DNA from: a virus
Taxonomy: Duplodnaviria > Caudoviricetes
Virus record (IMG/VR): IMGVR_UViG_3300043676_000044
Coordinates: 1-60,690 of that record
DNA: 60,690 nucleotides
Direction: 5' to 3' (one strand)
Positions 1 to 8,404 of this stretch are shown piece after piece. Below the pieces are notes generated by a model, which did not search any database, was not told the origin of the DNA, and saw only the letters and a program-made list of their open reading frames with translations. Numbering within the stretch: the stretch's first letter is position 1; each line of letters opens with the position of its first letter. The position numbers and the translations under genes were made by a program.

Positions 1-154
1 CGGTGTCGGGTCGAGGACGAATTTCTCGTGGTAGGGGCTGTCCGTGTCCCACGGGTTGCTGTCGGCGATAAGCCCATACCAGCTGGGCGCGCCGTTGAGC
101 TTGGAGGGGAAACGGCCGAGGCGGCCGAGCAGGGGCGCCACTATATCTAATGGC
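1..154. repeat. Terminal direct overlap with 60537-60690 (circular assembly)
   Basis: 1-154 matches 60537-60690 except G127 vs A60663, which is synonymous (Leu) in terL; the terL frame continues across the junction. Confidence 0.97.
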
Positions 155-585
155 ACCTCGCGCAGCTCGTTGATCCAGGCGCCGGTGAGCTGCATCGACA
201 GCAGGCGCCGCTGGTCCTCTTTCGTATCAAGCGGGATGAGCATGATGTCGGCCTCGATGCGGGTGCCGTCGGGCATCGGCGCGCGCAGCCTTATGGTTGA
301 GTCAGTGACGAAATAACTGATCATAGGCCGCAGATATTGCTGGATATCGGAGAGAACAGTTGTCCTCAGTTGCTGCATCGTATTCCTAACAACTGCCCAC
401 CTTGTGGTGCGCACGCCGCCCCAGGGCGCCTGCAGGCGCGAGCGGCGGAGGATCTCGACGATGCAGCCCATCGACTTGCCCGAGCCGACCGGGCCGACCA
501 GCGCGCGCACGCGCGCGTCCGAGAGCATGAACTGCTCGACCGTGGGGGGTGGGACGTAGTTGAGGCTGCCCGCGTCGAGTGGCAT
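1..585 (-). CDS. terL: Terminase large subunit, N-terminal ATPase part (continues at 60536-59712; about 469 aa in total)
   Basis: Manual translation from ATG 585: MPLDAGSLNY..ALVGPVGSGKS (Walker A)..WAVVRNTMQQL..LTGAWINE (Walker B); joined length 1410 nt is in frame. Confidence 0.93.
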   Translation of the reverse strand, partial: MPLDAGSLNYVPPPTVEQFMLSDARVRALVGPVGSGKSMGCIVEILRRSRLQAPWGGVRTTRWAVVRNTMQQLRTTVLSDIQQYLRPMISYFVTDSTIRLRAPMPDGTRIEADIMLIPLDTKEDQRRLLSMQLTGAWINELREVPLDIVAPLLGRLGRFPSKLNGAPSWYGLIADSNPWDTDSPYHEKFVLDPTP

Positions 586-1082
586 CAGTCTTCTTCCTCA
601 GGCTCGATTACCGTAGTCGAGATGGTCTCGGTCCTGCCCGAGAACATGATGTTGACCGAGAAGGTCGGCCCCGAGGGGGCGGGGGCGAAATCTCCCTGGC
701 GGATCGGGGCGGGCTCCATGCCGCATACCTTGGTGAGCGTCTTGACCAGATCGACGCGCACCGCCGGTAGCACGCTGTCGTCCTGCAGCATGGAGAGGAT
801 TTTGGGCGAGGCTTCCAGCAGCCCGACCTGGCAATAGGTGCGGAAGCGTTCGGGGATGTTGCCGTCGCTCTCCCAGATCGACCGCTTGAGCCGGAGCAGC
901 TTGGTGATTTCCGGCCGCGCGCAGAACGCTACCGCCTGGTCGGGGGTGAGCCCGTAGCGTGCGGCGATGGCCTCGGGTTCGTGGATATTCCTCGCGATAT
1001 CGTCAGTGAACTGGTCGATCGGGATGCGCTCGATGGTCTCCCGGTCGAGGGCAACTACGGTAATCGTACCCGAGGCTGACAT
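585..1082 (-). CDS. terS: Probable terminase small subunit
   Basis: Directly upstream of terL with overlapping stop/start; HTH-like EAIAARYGLT; C-terminal FSVNIMFSG strand; ATG 1082 has GGGGAAG RBS. Confidence 0.6.
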   Translation of the reverse strand: MSASGTITVVALDRETIERIPIDQFTDDIARNIHEPEAIAARYGLTPDQAVAFCARPEITKLLRLKRSIWESDGNIPERFRTYCQVGLLEASPKILSMLQDDSVLPAVRVDLVKTLTKVCGMEPAPIRQGDFAPAPSGPTFSVNIMFSGRTETISTTVIEPEEED

Positions 1083-1098
1083 GGCTTCCCCACAAATA

Positions 1099-1147
1099 GT
1101 TGACGCAACACGGGAGAATACCGCATATAGCGCCGGATACGGTAGTT
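1099..1147 (+). promoter_or_regulatory. Putative sigma70-type promoter of the structural operon, followed by the repeated motif
   Basis: GTTGAC-N18-GCATAT, then ATACGGTAGTT at 1137-1147, in the divergent terS/portal gap. Confidence 0.5.
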
Positions 1148-1158
1148 GAGGCAAGGGA

Positions 1159-3435
1159 ATGCCCGAGGCGATCCCCGGCCGCTCGCAGTCCTCCCTGCCC
1201 GTGGGCTCCGTCGCACGCGCCGGGCCCGGCGGGTCCTATCCCAATGGACGGGGCTTGCTGCGGGTGGTCACCAGCGATGAGCTGACGCGCCGCGAGAACG
1301 AGCGGCGCATCGGCGCGGGTGCGGGGACGGCCAATAGGCTGACCAAGCCGGTGCCCGACATCGGCGCCTATATCCGCCGCCAGTGGACGATCTTCCGGGA
1401 CCACCGGAACCAGGGTAACAACCCGCTCAATAATCGCCTGCTCCGGGCGCAGCGCATGTTCGAGGGCAAATACGACCCCGAACGCCTCGCTGCGATCCGT
1501 CAGTTCGGCGGGTCCGAGGTGTACGCGCGCCTCGTCGCGGTGAAGTGCCGGGGGGCGTCTTCACTGCTGCGCGACGTATATCTCGGGCCCGACCGACCCT
1601 GGGACATCCAGGCCCAGCCCGACCCGCCGGTGCCGCCCGAGGTGCAGAAGGCGGCGATGCAGCTGGTCGCCGGCGAGGTTGCCACACAGGTGCAGGCGCA
1701 GCAGCCGATACTCCCCGAGCAGGCCAAGACCCGGCTGCAGTCGTTGCTGCATGCCGCACAGCAGGCGGCGGCCGCGAACGCCAACGACCAGGCTGACCGC
1801 GCCGCCGACGCCATCGAGGACCTTCTGGTCGAGGGGCGGTTCTACCAGGCGATGGCGGAGTTCCTGGTCGATGTGCCGTTGTTCCCGTGGGCCTGCATCA
1901 AGGGCCCGACGGTCAGGATGGTGCCGAAGCTGTCCTGGACGCCGAACAAGGACGGCAGCAAGACCGCCTCGATCGAGCGCAAGGCGCAGATGTTCTGGGA
2001 GCGGGTCAGCCCGTTTAACCTCTACTGGACCCCCGGTGTGTCCAACATCGCCGACGCCGCCATCATCGAGCGGCATCGCTTCTCGCGCACCGACATCAAC
2101 GACCTGATCGGGCTGCCCGGCTACGACGAGCAGGCCATCGCGGGGGTGCTGGAGGATTACGACCGCGGCCTCAGGGAGTGGCTGGATAGCCCCGACGCCG
2201 AGCAGGCGATCAACGAGAACCGCGAGGACCCCAACCTCAACCGCTCCGAGATGATCGAGGGGCTCGAGTATCACGGCAACGTCCAGGGCCAGATGCTGAT
2301 CGACGCGGGGATGAGCCCTAAGCTGATCAAGGACCCGCTGCGCGAGTACAACGTCCAGTCCTGGGTGATCGGCCGCTACACGATCAAGACCCTGCTCAAC
2401 CCGATGCCGACCCAGCGCCATCCCTACTATCTTACCAGTTTCGAGAAGGCCCCCGGCACCGTGGTTGGGCACGGGCTGCCGGATTTGCTGGAGGATATGC
2501 AGGAGGTGTGCAACGCCTCGTTGAGAGCGTTGGTGAATAATATGAGTATAGCTTCAGGGCCGCAGGTGGTCGTCAACGACGATAGCCTCTCCCCGGCCGA
2601 GGATGGCAACCAGCTGTATCCGTGGAAACGCTGGCATATCCAGGGCGACCTGTTTACCAACCAGCGTGAGCCGATCACCTTTTTTCAACCCCAGTCGAAT
2701 GCCCAGGAGCTGCTCTCGGTTTACACCGCGATCAGCAACATGGCCGACGAGATCTCGGCGATACCCCGCTACATCACCGGCAGTTCGCAGGGGCTGGGGG
2801 GTGCGGGGCGCACCGCCTCGGGCCTGTCGATGCTGATGGGCAACGCGGAGAAGGTGCTCCAGACGGTGGCGGCGAACATCGACGGGGACATCATGGACCC
2901 GTTGCTGAGCCAGACCTACGACCTGGTGATGATGACGGACCAGACCGGGATGCTCACCGGCGAGGAGGAGATCCGCGTCCGCGGCGTCAACGTCGCGGTG
3001 CAGAAAGAGACCGAGCGCCAGAAGCAGCTCCAGTTCCTGCAGATCACCGCCAACCCGATCGACGCGCCGATCGTCGGCGAGATGGGGCGCGCCCGCGTGC
3101 TGCGCTCGATCGCGCAGGGGCTCGGCCTGCCCGACAACGTGGTCCCCTCGGACCAGGAGCTGCAAGCCAAGCTCGATGCGCAGAAACAGATGCAGGCCGC
3201 CAGTCAGGCGATGCTTGCAGCCTCTGGCGCCGGCCAGCCGGGAGACGCCAATCCCCCCGGCGGGAAACCGGGGCAGCCGGGGCCACCGGCGGGTGGCAAG
3301 CCTGGGACGACTCCCGCCGGTGGCGCCCCGCCCGCCGCACACGCACAGGGACAGCAGGCGCCCACGCCGGGTCCCGCGCAGCTCGAAGACCACGCGCCCC
3401 GCGTCAATCTCATGCAGCAAGGGATACCGAAATAA
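1159..3435 (+). CDS. Portal protein (podovirus type) with Pro/Gly/Gln-rich C-terminal tail
   Basis: 758 aa, first structural gene; portal-like motifs (FEKAPGTVVGHGLPDLL, NNMSIASGPQ, RTASGLSMLM). Confidence 0.88.
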   Translation: MPEAIPGRSQSSLPVGSVARAGPGGSYPNGRGLLRVVTSDELTRRENERRIGAGAGTANRLTKPVPDIGAYIRRQWTIFRDHRNQGNNPLNNRLLRAQRMFEGKYDPERLAAIRQFGGSEVYARLVAVKCRGASSLLRDVYLGPDRPWDIQAQPDPPVPPEVQKAAMQLVAGEVATQVQAQQPILPEQAKTRLQSLLHAAQQAAAANANDQADRAADAIEDLLVEGRFYQAMAEFLVDVPLFPWACIKGPTVRMVPKLSWTPNKDGSKTASIERKAQMFWERVSPFNLYWTPGVSNIADAAIIERHRFSRTDINDLIGLPGYDEQAIAGVLEDYDRGLREWLDSPDAEQAINENREDPNLNRSEMIEGLEYHGNVQGQMLIDAGMSPKLIKDPLREYNVQSWVIGRYTIKTLLNPMPTQRHPYYLTSFEKAPGTVVGHGLPDLLEDMQEVCNASLRALVNNMSIASGPQVVVNDDSLSPAEDGNQLYPWKRWHIQGDLFTNQREPITFFQPQSNAQELLSVYTAISNMADEISAIPRYITGSSQGLGGAGRTASGLSMLMGNAEKVLQTVAANIDGDIMDPLLSQTYDLVMMTDQTGMLTGEEEIRVRGVNVAVQKETERQKQLQFLQITANPIDAPIVGEMGRARVLRSIAQGLGLPDNVVPSDQELQAKLDAQKQMQAASQAMLAASGAGQPGDANPPGGKPGQPGPPAGGKPGTTPAGGAPPAAHAQGQQAPTPGPAQLEDHAPRVNLMQQGIPK

Positions 3436-3635
3436 TGGCCACTGTGGAAAGCACCTCCTCGGGCAAGGACAAGTTCGTCCCGTCGGGCATGGGCAACAAG
3501 GGGCAGGCCGGCGGCAGCGGGCCTACCGGTAGTTCGCGCACCTACCCCAAGGGCGGCAGCGTCAGCACCAAGCCCGACTTCAACCCGATGAACTGCTCGA
3601 AATCCTGCGCTGAGTACAGCGTCGGCGGGGTGTGA
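3435..3635 (+). CDS. Small Gly/Ser-rich hypothetical protein (contains YPKGGSV)
   Basis: TAATG coupling to the portal; phage-like codon use. Confidence 0.65.
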   Translation: MATVESTSSGKDKFVPSGMGNKGQAGGSGPTGSSRTYPKGGSVSTKPDFNPMNCSKSCAEYSVGGV

Positions 3636-3946
3636 TGGCGAAAGTCCATCTCGGCAACCCGTATCGGGCGCCGCCCGCGTCCATCACCGCCGGCGAGCCG
3701 CTGAACCGGGTGATGGGCCAGTACGGCAAGAACGCGCCATCGGTCGCGGGCGCGCCGCTGGTGAGCATCGCCCTGGGGTCGCTGGTGCCGTTGCTCAACA
3801 CCCCACGCAAGGGCGGTCCTACCGCGATGCGCGGACTGAAGGGCGGCATCGGCCCGCGTGTGAAACAAGGCGGCCTCGGCCCCGGCAAGCTCGGCGGCTA
3901 CGGCAGCTCGCGCCAATACGACAAGAACCCGTTGGGTGATGGATGA
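3635..3946 (+). CDS. Small basic Gly-rich hypothetical protein
   Basis: Coupled ORF in the head operon. Confidence 0.6.
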   Translation: MAKVHLGNPYRAPPASITAGEPLNRVMGQYGKNAPSVAGAPLVSIALGSLVPLLNTPRKGGPTAMRGLKGGIGPRVKQGGLGPGKLGGYGSSRQYDKNPLGDG

Positions 3947-4215
3947 TCAATATCGGCAATGATGGCGTCACCGCCTGCAAGAACCTCAAGGGCAACGAGT
4001 TCTGGGACACGCTGCGCGCCCAGATCTACCGCGTCGCGGTCGAGCGCACCGATGCGGCACTCAGCTCCGACCCCGCCGCCCGCGTCGACCTTACCGCCTA
4101 TGCCCGCGCGATCCGGGACCTGTGGGTCGCGGTGGAGAGCGCCACGCTGGAGGTCAACTACCGGCAAATCGAGAAGCCCAGCCGCCCGATCATGACGAAG
4201 GCCGCAAATGTCTGA
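3943..4215 (+). CDS. Hypothetical protein, head operon
   Basis: ATGA overlap, 90 aa, helical. Confidence 0.7.
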   Translation: MINIGNDGVTACKNLKGNEFWDTLRAQIYRVAVERTDAALSSDPAARVDLTAYARAIRDLWVAVESATLEVNYRQIEKPSRPIMTKAANV

Positions 4216-5251
4216 CACGACCAAGTTCGCTCCTGCCGTCCCCGCCGCCGTCCGCCGTCAGGCGGAGGCCGCCGACGAGGCTGTTCGCCAGCTGCAGGCG
4301 GAGCAGGATGCGAACCGGGCCGAGACATCTCCTGGCGCTCCCGAGGGGACTCCATCTCCCCCCTCCGAGCAGCCGGAGAGTCCTGCCGGCTCTCCTCCCG
4401 GTTCACCACGGGACGGAGCTGCGGCGGGGCCTGCTCCCACCCCAACTCCGGGTGGACCCCAGGAGGAGGGGTGGGAGCAGCGTTATCGCACGCTAAGGGG
4501 CAAATACGACACCGAGGTGCCGACGCTGCAGAACCAGCTGCGCACCCTTGAGCGGACCATGACCGAGTTGCAGCTGCAGCTGCAGAACCCGCCGCCTCCG
4601 CCACCGTCAACTCCGGTAGTCAAGCCGGTGCCGATCTCCGACGAGGACATCGAGGCATACGGCCCGGAGCTGATCGACCGCGCCAGGAGCTGGGCGCGGG
4701 CCGAGCTGATGCCCGAGATCGAGCAGCTGCGCCACGACGTGGTCAGGGCCAACGGCACCGCCCAGAACGTCCAGTCCCAGGCGGCGATGCAGTCCGTCTA
4801 CAACTTCATGGACCAGAACCTGCCGAGCTGGAACGATATCAACACCGACCCGCGGTTTATCGAGTGGCTGCGCGGCACCGACCCGCTCTCGGGTTCGGTG
4901 CGGCAGAACATGCTGAGTGCGGCCTTCCTGTCCGGGGATGCCCGCCGCACTCTGAGCTTCTTCAGGGCATTCCAAACCGAGCATACCGAGGACCACTTCC
5001 AGCCGGGGACGACCCATACGTATGCCAATGGCAGCGCGGGTGCAGTCAGGCTCGAGGATATGGCGGGACCAGGGCGTGGTGCCCCAGTCTCTCCCGGCGC
5101 TCCTGCGACCAAGCGGCATGTAACCCAAAAGGACATCGCCGACTTTTATTCGGCCGTAACGAAGGGACGTTTCAACGGGCGCGACGCCGAGAGGCAGCGC
5201 ATCGAGCAGGAACTCCATGAGGCCGTGTACGAGGGGCGCGTCCGTAATTAA
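4208..5251 (+). CDS. Capsid scaffolding protein
   Basis: Precedes the capsid gene; disordered N-terminus, WEQRYRTLRGKYD coiled coil, C-terminal EGRVRN. Confidence 0.8.
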   Translation: MSDTTKFAPAVPAAVRRQAEAADEAVRQLQAEQDANRAETSPGAPEGTPSPPSEQPESPAGSPPGSPRDGAAAGPAPTPTPGGPQEEGWEQRYRTLRGKYDTEVPTLQNQLRTLERTMTELQLQLQNPPPPPPSTPVVKPVPISDEDIEAYGPELIDRARSWARAELMPEIEQLRHDVVRANGTAQNVQSQAAMQSVYNFMDQNLPSWNDINTDPRFIEWLRGTDPLSGSVRQNMLSAAFLSGDARRTLSFFRAFQTEHTEDHFQPGTTHTYANGSAGAVRLEDMAGPGRGAPVSPGAPATKRHVTQKDIADFYSAVTKGRFNGRDAERQRIEQELHEAVYEGRVRN

Positions 5252-5263
5252 CAGGAGCACCAC

Positions 5264-6220
5264 ATGGCTGTCGTCTATCCCGTTGCCGCAACGCCATATT
5301 CTGGCGCGCGGCCCGTCCCCGAATACTCGGGTATCTTTATTCCGCAGATCTGGTCAGGGAAGTTGATCGAGAAGTTCTATTCTGCAACGGTCCTGGCGGC
5401 CATCGCCAACACGGATTACGAGGGCGAGATCAAGAACCAGGGCGACACTATCCACATCCGCACCAAGCCCACCATCGCGATCAACGACTACCAGGCCGAC
5501 ATGCCGCTGACCGTGCAGCGCCCGTCGAGCAACATGGTCGACCTCCAGATCACGCAGGGGAAGTATTTCAACTGCGTGCTCGACGACGTGATGGAGACCC
5601 AGGCCGACCTCAACCTGCTTTCGATGTGGTCGGACGACGCCTCCGAGCAGATGAAGATCAAGATCGACACGGCCGTGCTGGCGACGCTGGACGCGGGAGT
5701 TGATGCCAACAACAAGGGCGCCACGGCGGGGTTGATCTCCGACGACATCGTCCTCGGGGTCACCGGCACGCCGGTCTCGCTGACGCCGTCCACGATCCTT
5801 GGGCATATCGTCGACCTCGGCACCGTGCTCGACGAGCAGAACATCCCCGAAACGGGTCGGTGGATGGTCTTACCTCCATGGGCGGCCGGGATGGTGAAAA
5901 AATCCGATCTGCGCGACGCCTCGATCAGCGGTGACGGCGTGTCGCTGATGCGCAATGGGCGTCTCGGCATGATCGACCGGTTCACGCTGTATGCGTCGAA
6001 CCTGCTGCCGACCGCGGTCGAGGGCACCACTAAGGCGTATCGCATCTTCGCCGGCCATCCGCACGGCCTGACCTTCGCCAGCCAGGTTTCCAAGGTCGAG
6101 ACGCTCCGCAGCGAGCAGACCTTCGGCACCCTGCTGCGCGGGCTGCAGGTCTACGGCAGCAAGGTGCTGGACGGGATCGCTATCGCCGAGCTTTACGCGG
6201 TCAAGGGGGCCGGTCCATAA
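5264..6220 (+). CDS. Major capsid protein (HK97 fold)
   Basis: FIPQIWSGKL, NTDYEGEIKNQGDTIHI, LDEQNIPETGRW, RGLQVYGSKV motifs; AGGAG RBS. Confidence 0.92.
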   Translation: MAVVYPVAATPYSGARPVPEYSGIFIPQIWSGKLIEKFYSATVLAAIANTDYEGEIKNQGDTIHIRTKPTIAINDYQADMPLTVQRPSSNMVDLQITQGKYFNCVLDDVMETQADLNLLSMWSDDASEQMKIKIDTAVLATLDAGVDANNKGATAGLISDDIVLGVTGTPVSLTPSTILGHIVDLGTVLDEQNIPETGRWMVLPPWAAGMVKKSDLRDASISGDGVSLMRNGRLGMIDRFTLYASNLLPTAVEGTTKAYRIFAGHPHGLTFASQVSKVETLRSEQTFGTLLRGLQVYGSKVLDGIAIAELYAVKGAGP

Positions 6221-6251
6221 GGGCTAACTACCGTAAGCGTAGGAACGGGTC

Positions 6252-6653
6252 ATGTCGGTATCGGTGGGCACCCCGACGATAGGGGGGCTGATCCTGGAGG
6301 CGCGGGCGATGCTGCAGGACACCCTGCAGACCAACGCCATGTCGCCGATCCAGGATGACCCGATCTACCGCTACTCCGATACCGACATGATCGCCGCGTT
6401 CAACGGGGCGATGCTGGAAGCGCGCACCAAGCGCCCCGACCTGTTCCTGCGCCTGGGGCTGCGTAAGGCGGTGCCGCGCTACACCACCGGCGACCTGGGC
6501 ACCGCCTTCCCGCTCGACCTCTCGGTCTACGACGCTTTCCTCTACTACCTCGTAGGGCGCGCCGAGATCCGGGAAGACACGTTCTCCAATGACGGGCGCG
6601 CTGTTGCGATGTTAAACAAATTCGTGAGTCAACTCATGGCGGTAGCGTCATGA
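6252..6653 (+). CDS. Probable head-tail adaptor protein
   Basis: Follows capsid gene; ARAMLQD..RYSDTDM..RPDLF pattern. Confidence 0.6.
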   Translation: MSVSVGTPTIGGLILEARAMLQDTLQTNAMSPIQDDPIYRYSDTDMIAAFNGAMLEARTKRPDLFLRLGLRKAVPRYTTGDLGTAFPLDLSVYDAFLYYLVGRAEIREDTFSNDGRAVAMLNKFVSQLMAVAS

Positions 6654-7255
6654 GCACCACCATTCCTTCGATCTCCGCGACCGGCGGGCTCGACCGCATC
6701 TACGATAGTGTCGAGAGCACCGTGCCCGGCGTGCTGCACCACTCCGTCGAGCAGGCGCTGTGGGACACGATCGAGGAGTTCTGCATCCAGAGTACGTTCT
6801 TCCGGGTCTGGGCGGAATGGGCGATGGGGGCCGGGACTAACGAGTTCGATTTCAATCCGGTCGACAGCAACACCATCGCCTTCGAGATCCTTTCCGTATC
6901 CGGACTGAGCTTCTGGGCTGCCGCGCCGATGGCGATACTGCTTGACCGCGGGCAGCCCTCCACCATCGCCCGGCAAGGCTGGGCGTGGCTAGCCTGCAAG
7001 CCCGTCTCCCTAGCCTGCTGCGGCCTGCCTTCCACCCTGGTGGATCGCTGGTATGAGGGGCTGCGCAACGGCACGTTGGCACGGTTGTTCGCGCAGCCGG
7101 CGAAACCCTGGTCCGCGCCGCCGCTGGCACAAAGTCACGGCGTGACCTATCGCGCGCGCATCCGCGAAGCGCGCGACCTCACCACGCGCCTCTACGGAGG
7201 CGGGTCGCAGCCTTTTTCCTACCCCTATTTCGCGCAGGGGAGGCGGAAGAATTGA
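6650..7255 (+). CDS. Probable tail adaptor/tubular protein
   Basis: Position; EEFCIQS..GTLARLFAQPAKPWS pattern of podophage adaptors. Confidence 0.6.
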   Translation: MSTTIPSISATGGLDRIYDSVESTVPGVLHHSVEQALWDTIEEFCIQSTFFRVWAEWAMGAGTNEFDFNPVDSNTIAFEILSVSGLSFWAAAPMAILLDRGQPSTIARQGWAWLACKPVSLACCGLPSTLVDRWYEGLRNGTLARLFAQPAKPWSAPPLAQSHGVTYRARIREARDLTTRLYGGGSQPFSYPYFAQGRRKN

Positions 7256-7683
7256 GCGATCTTTACGTCATCGCCTGCGAGCGCATGGCCAAGGCCCGGT
7301 TCAACTGGGAGGCTGATCCGGTCTACGCGATTCTGGTGGATGCGAGCTACGTGCCGGATTTCGCGGCGCACACCAGCTACGCCGATATCCCCAAATCCGC
7401 GGTGCTGCTGGCGCCGTCCCCGGCGACCAGCCCGCCGCCTACGGTAGTTGACGGCTGGTGCGTCAATAAAATGATTTATGCCACCCAGTTCGGCCCGGCG
7501 GCGGCGATCCACGCGGTGATCGTGATGCAGGCCATCGCGGGGGTGACACCCCACGACACGCCGCCCGACGATCAGCTCAGCCTCGTGGCCTATATCGACA
7601 AGGGTTACAATTTCAACGAGCAGTTCGCTACGCGCATGGCGCTCTACATCATCTGGCCCGACCAGGGGGTGTTCCGGCCATGA
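7252..7683 (+). CDS. Virion-associated hypothetical protein
   Basis: Coupled ORF in the structural operon. Confidence 0.6.
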   Translation: MSDLYVIACERMAKARFNWEADPVYAILVDASYVPDFAAHTSYADIPKSAVLLAPSPATSPPPTVVDGWCVNKMIYATQFGPAAAIHAVIVMQAIAGVTPHDTPPDDQLSLVAYIDKGYNFNEQFATRMALYIIWPDQGVFRP

Positions 7684-8024
7684 TCATCAATATCTCCGAA
7701 GTGGATATGGCGGCCCTGGATGGCGGTGGGCGCCTGGTGCCGCCCCGGCTACCTACCCCCGATGAGCCGCATAACGCGCTCTACAACGACATGATCCTCA
7801 ACGGGGTCGAGGTGGATGGCGGCTATGTCCCCTGGCACCCCGTGATTGAGGCGCGGGCGATCTACCCGTTCAGTTTCATCGCCACGAAGTTCAACACGGC
7901 ATTCCTCTGGCACGAGGGCGGGCCGACCGGCGAGTGCCTGTGCGTGCCGTATCTGCCTGACCTGGTCTGCGCACCCTGCGTTCCCGACGCGGTCGTGGTC
8001 CCCTCGGGAGGCAAGCCATGCTGA
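7680..8024 (+). CDS. Hypothetical protein
   Basis: Coupled ORF (ATGA overlap). Confidence 0.55.
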   Translation: MIINISEVDMAALDGGGRLVPPRLPTPDEPHNALYNDMILNGVEVDGGYVPWHPVIEARAIYPFSFIATKFNTAFLWHEGGPTGECLCVPYLPDLVCAPCVPDAVVVPSGGKPC

Positions 8025-8395
8025 TCGGGCGGATGCAGAAGGAGATGACTGACATCCGCCGCTGCACGGTGGATTTCGGCACGAGCTGGCTCGACAGCGG
8101 CGAGACGATCCAGGAGATCACCGATCCGATGGCCGAGCTGATGGGTGCCTGGGTGCCGGGGCCCTATCCGTCCTGGCCCGACAACACCATCCCCAACGTC
8201 ACCCTGCCCGACGACCCGACGCCGCTGCTGGTCGATTTCTGGATCATCCTGCCGACCAGCACTCAGGTTCAGATGTTCCTCTCGTCGGGCACGCCGGGGA
8301 ATTTCTACCGCGTGAGCTTCATCGCCACGGGCGCGTCGGGGCGTGCGCAGACCGTCGAGGTGATCATGTCCGTCAAACCCCAGCCGACCGGGTAG
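8018..8395 (+). CDS. Probable fibre-tail adaptor protein
   Basis: CTVDFGTSWLDSGETI..FLSSGTPGNFYRVS..GR pattern directly before a tail fibre. Confidence 0.6.
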   Translation: MLIGRMQKEMTDIRRCTVDFGTSWLDSGETIQEITDPMAELMGAWVPGPYPSWPDNTIPNVTLPDDPTPLLVDFWIILPTSTQVQMFLSSGTPGNFYRVSFIATGASGRAQTVEVIMSVKPQPTG

Positions 8396-8404
8396 GGAAC
8401 GATT

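Noticed and set aside
1-154. Biological terminal repeat
   Set aside because: It falls inside terL, so it is best explained as assembly overlap; the single mismatch may be a strain variant or an error
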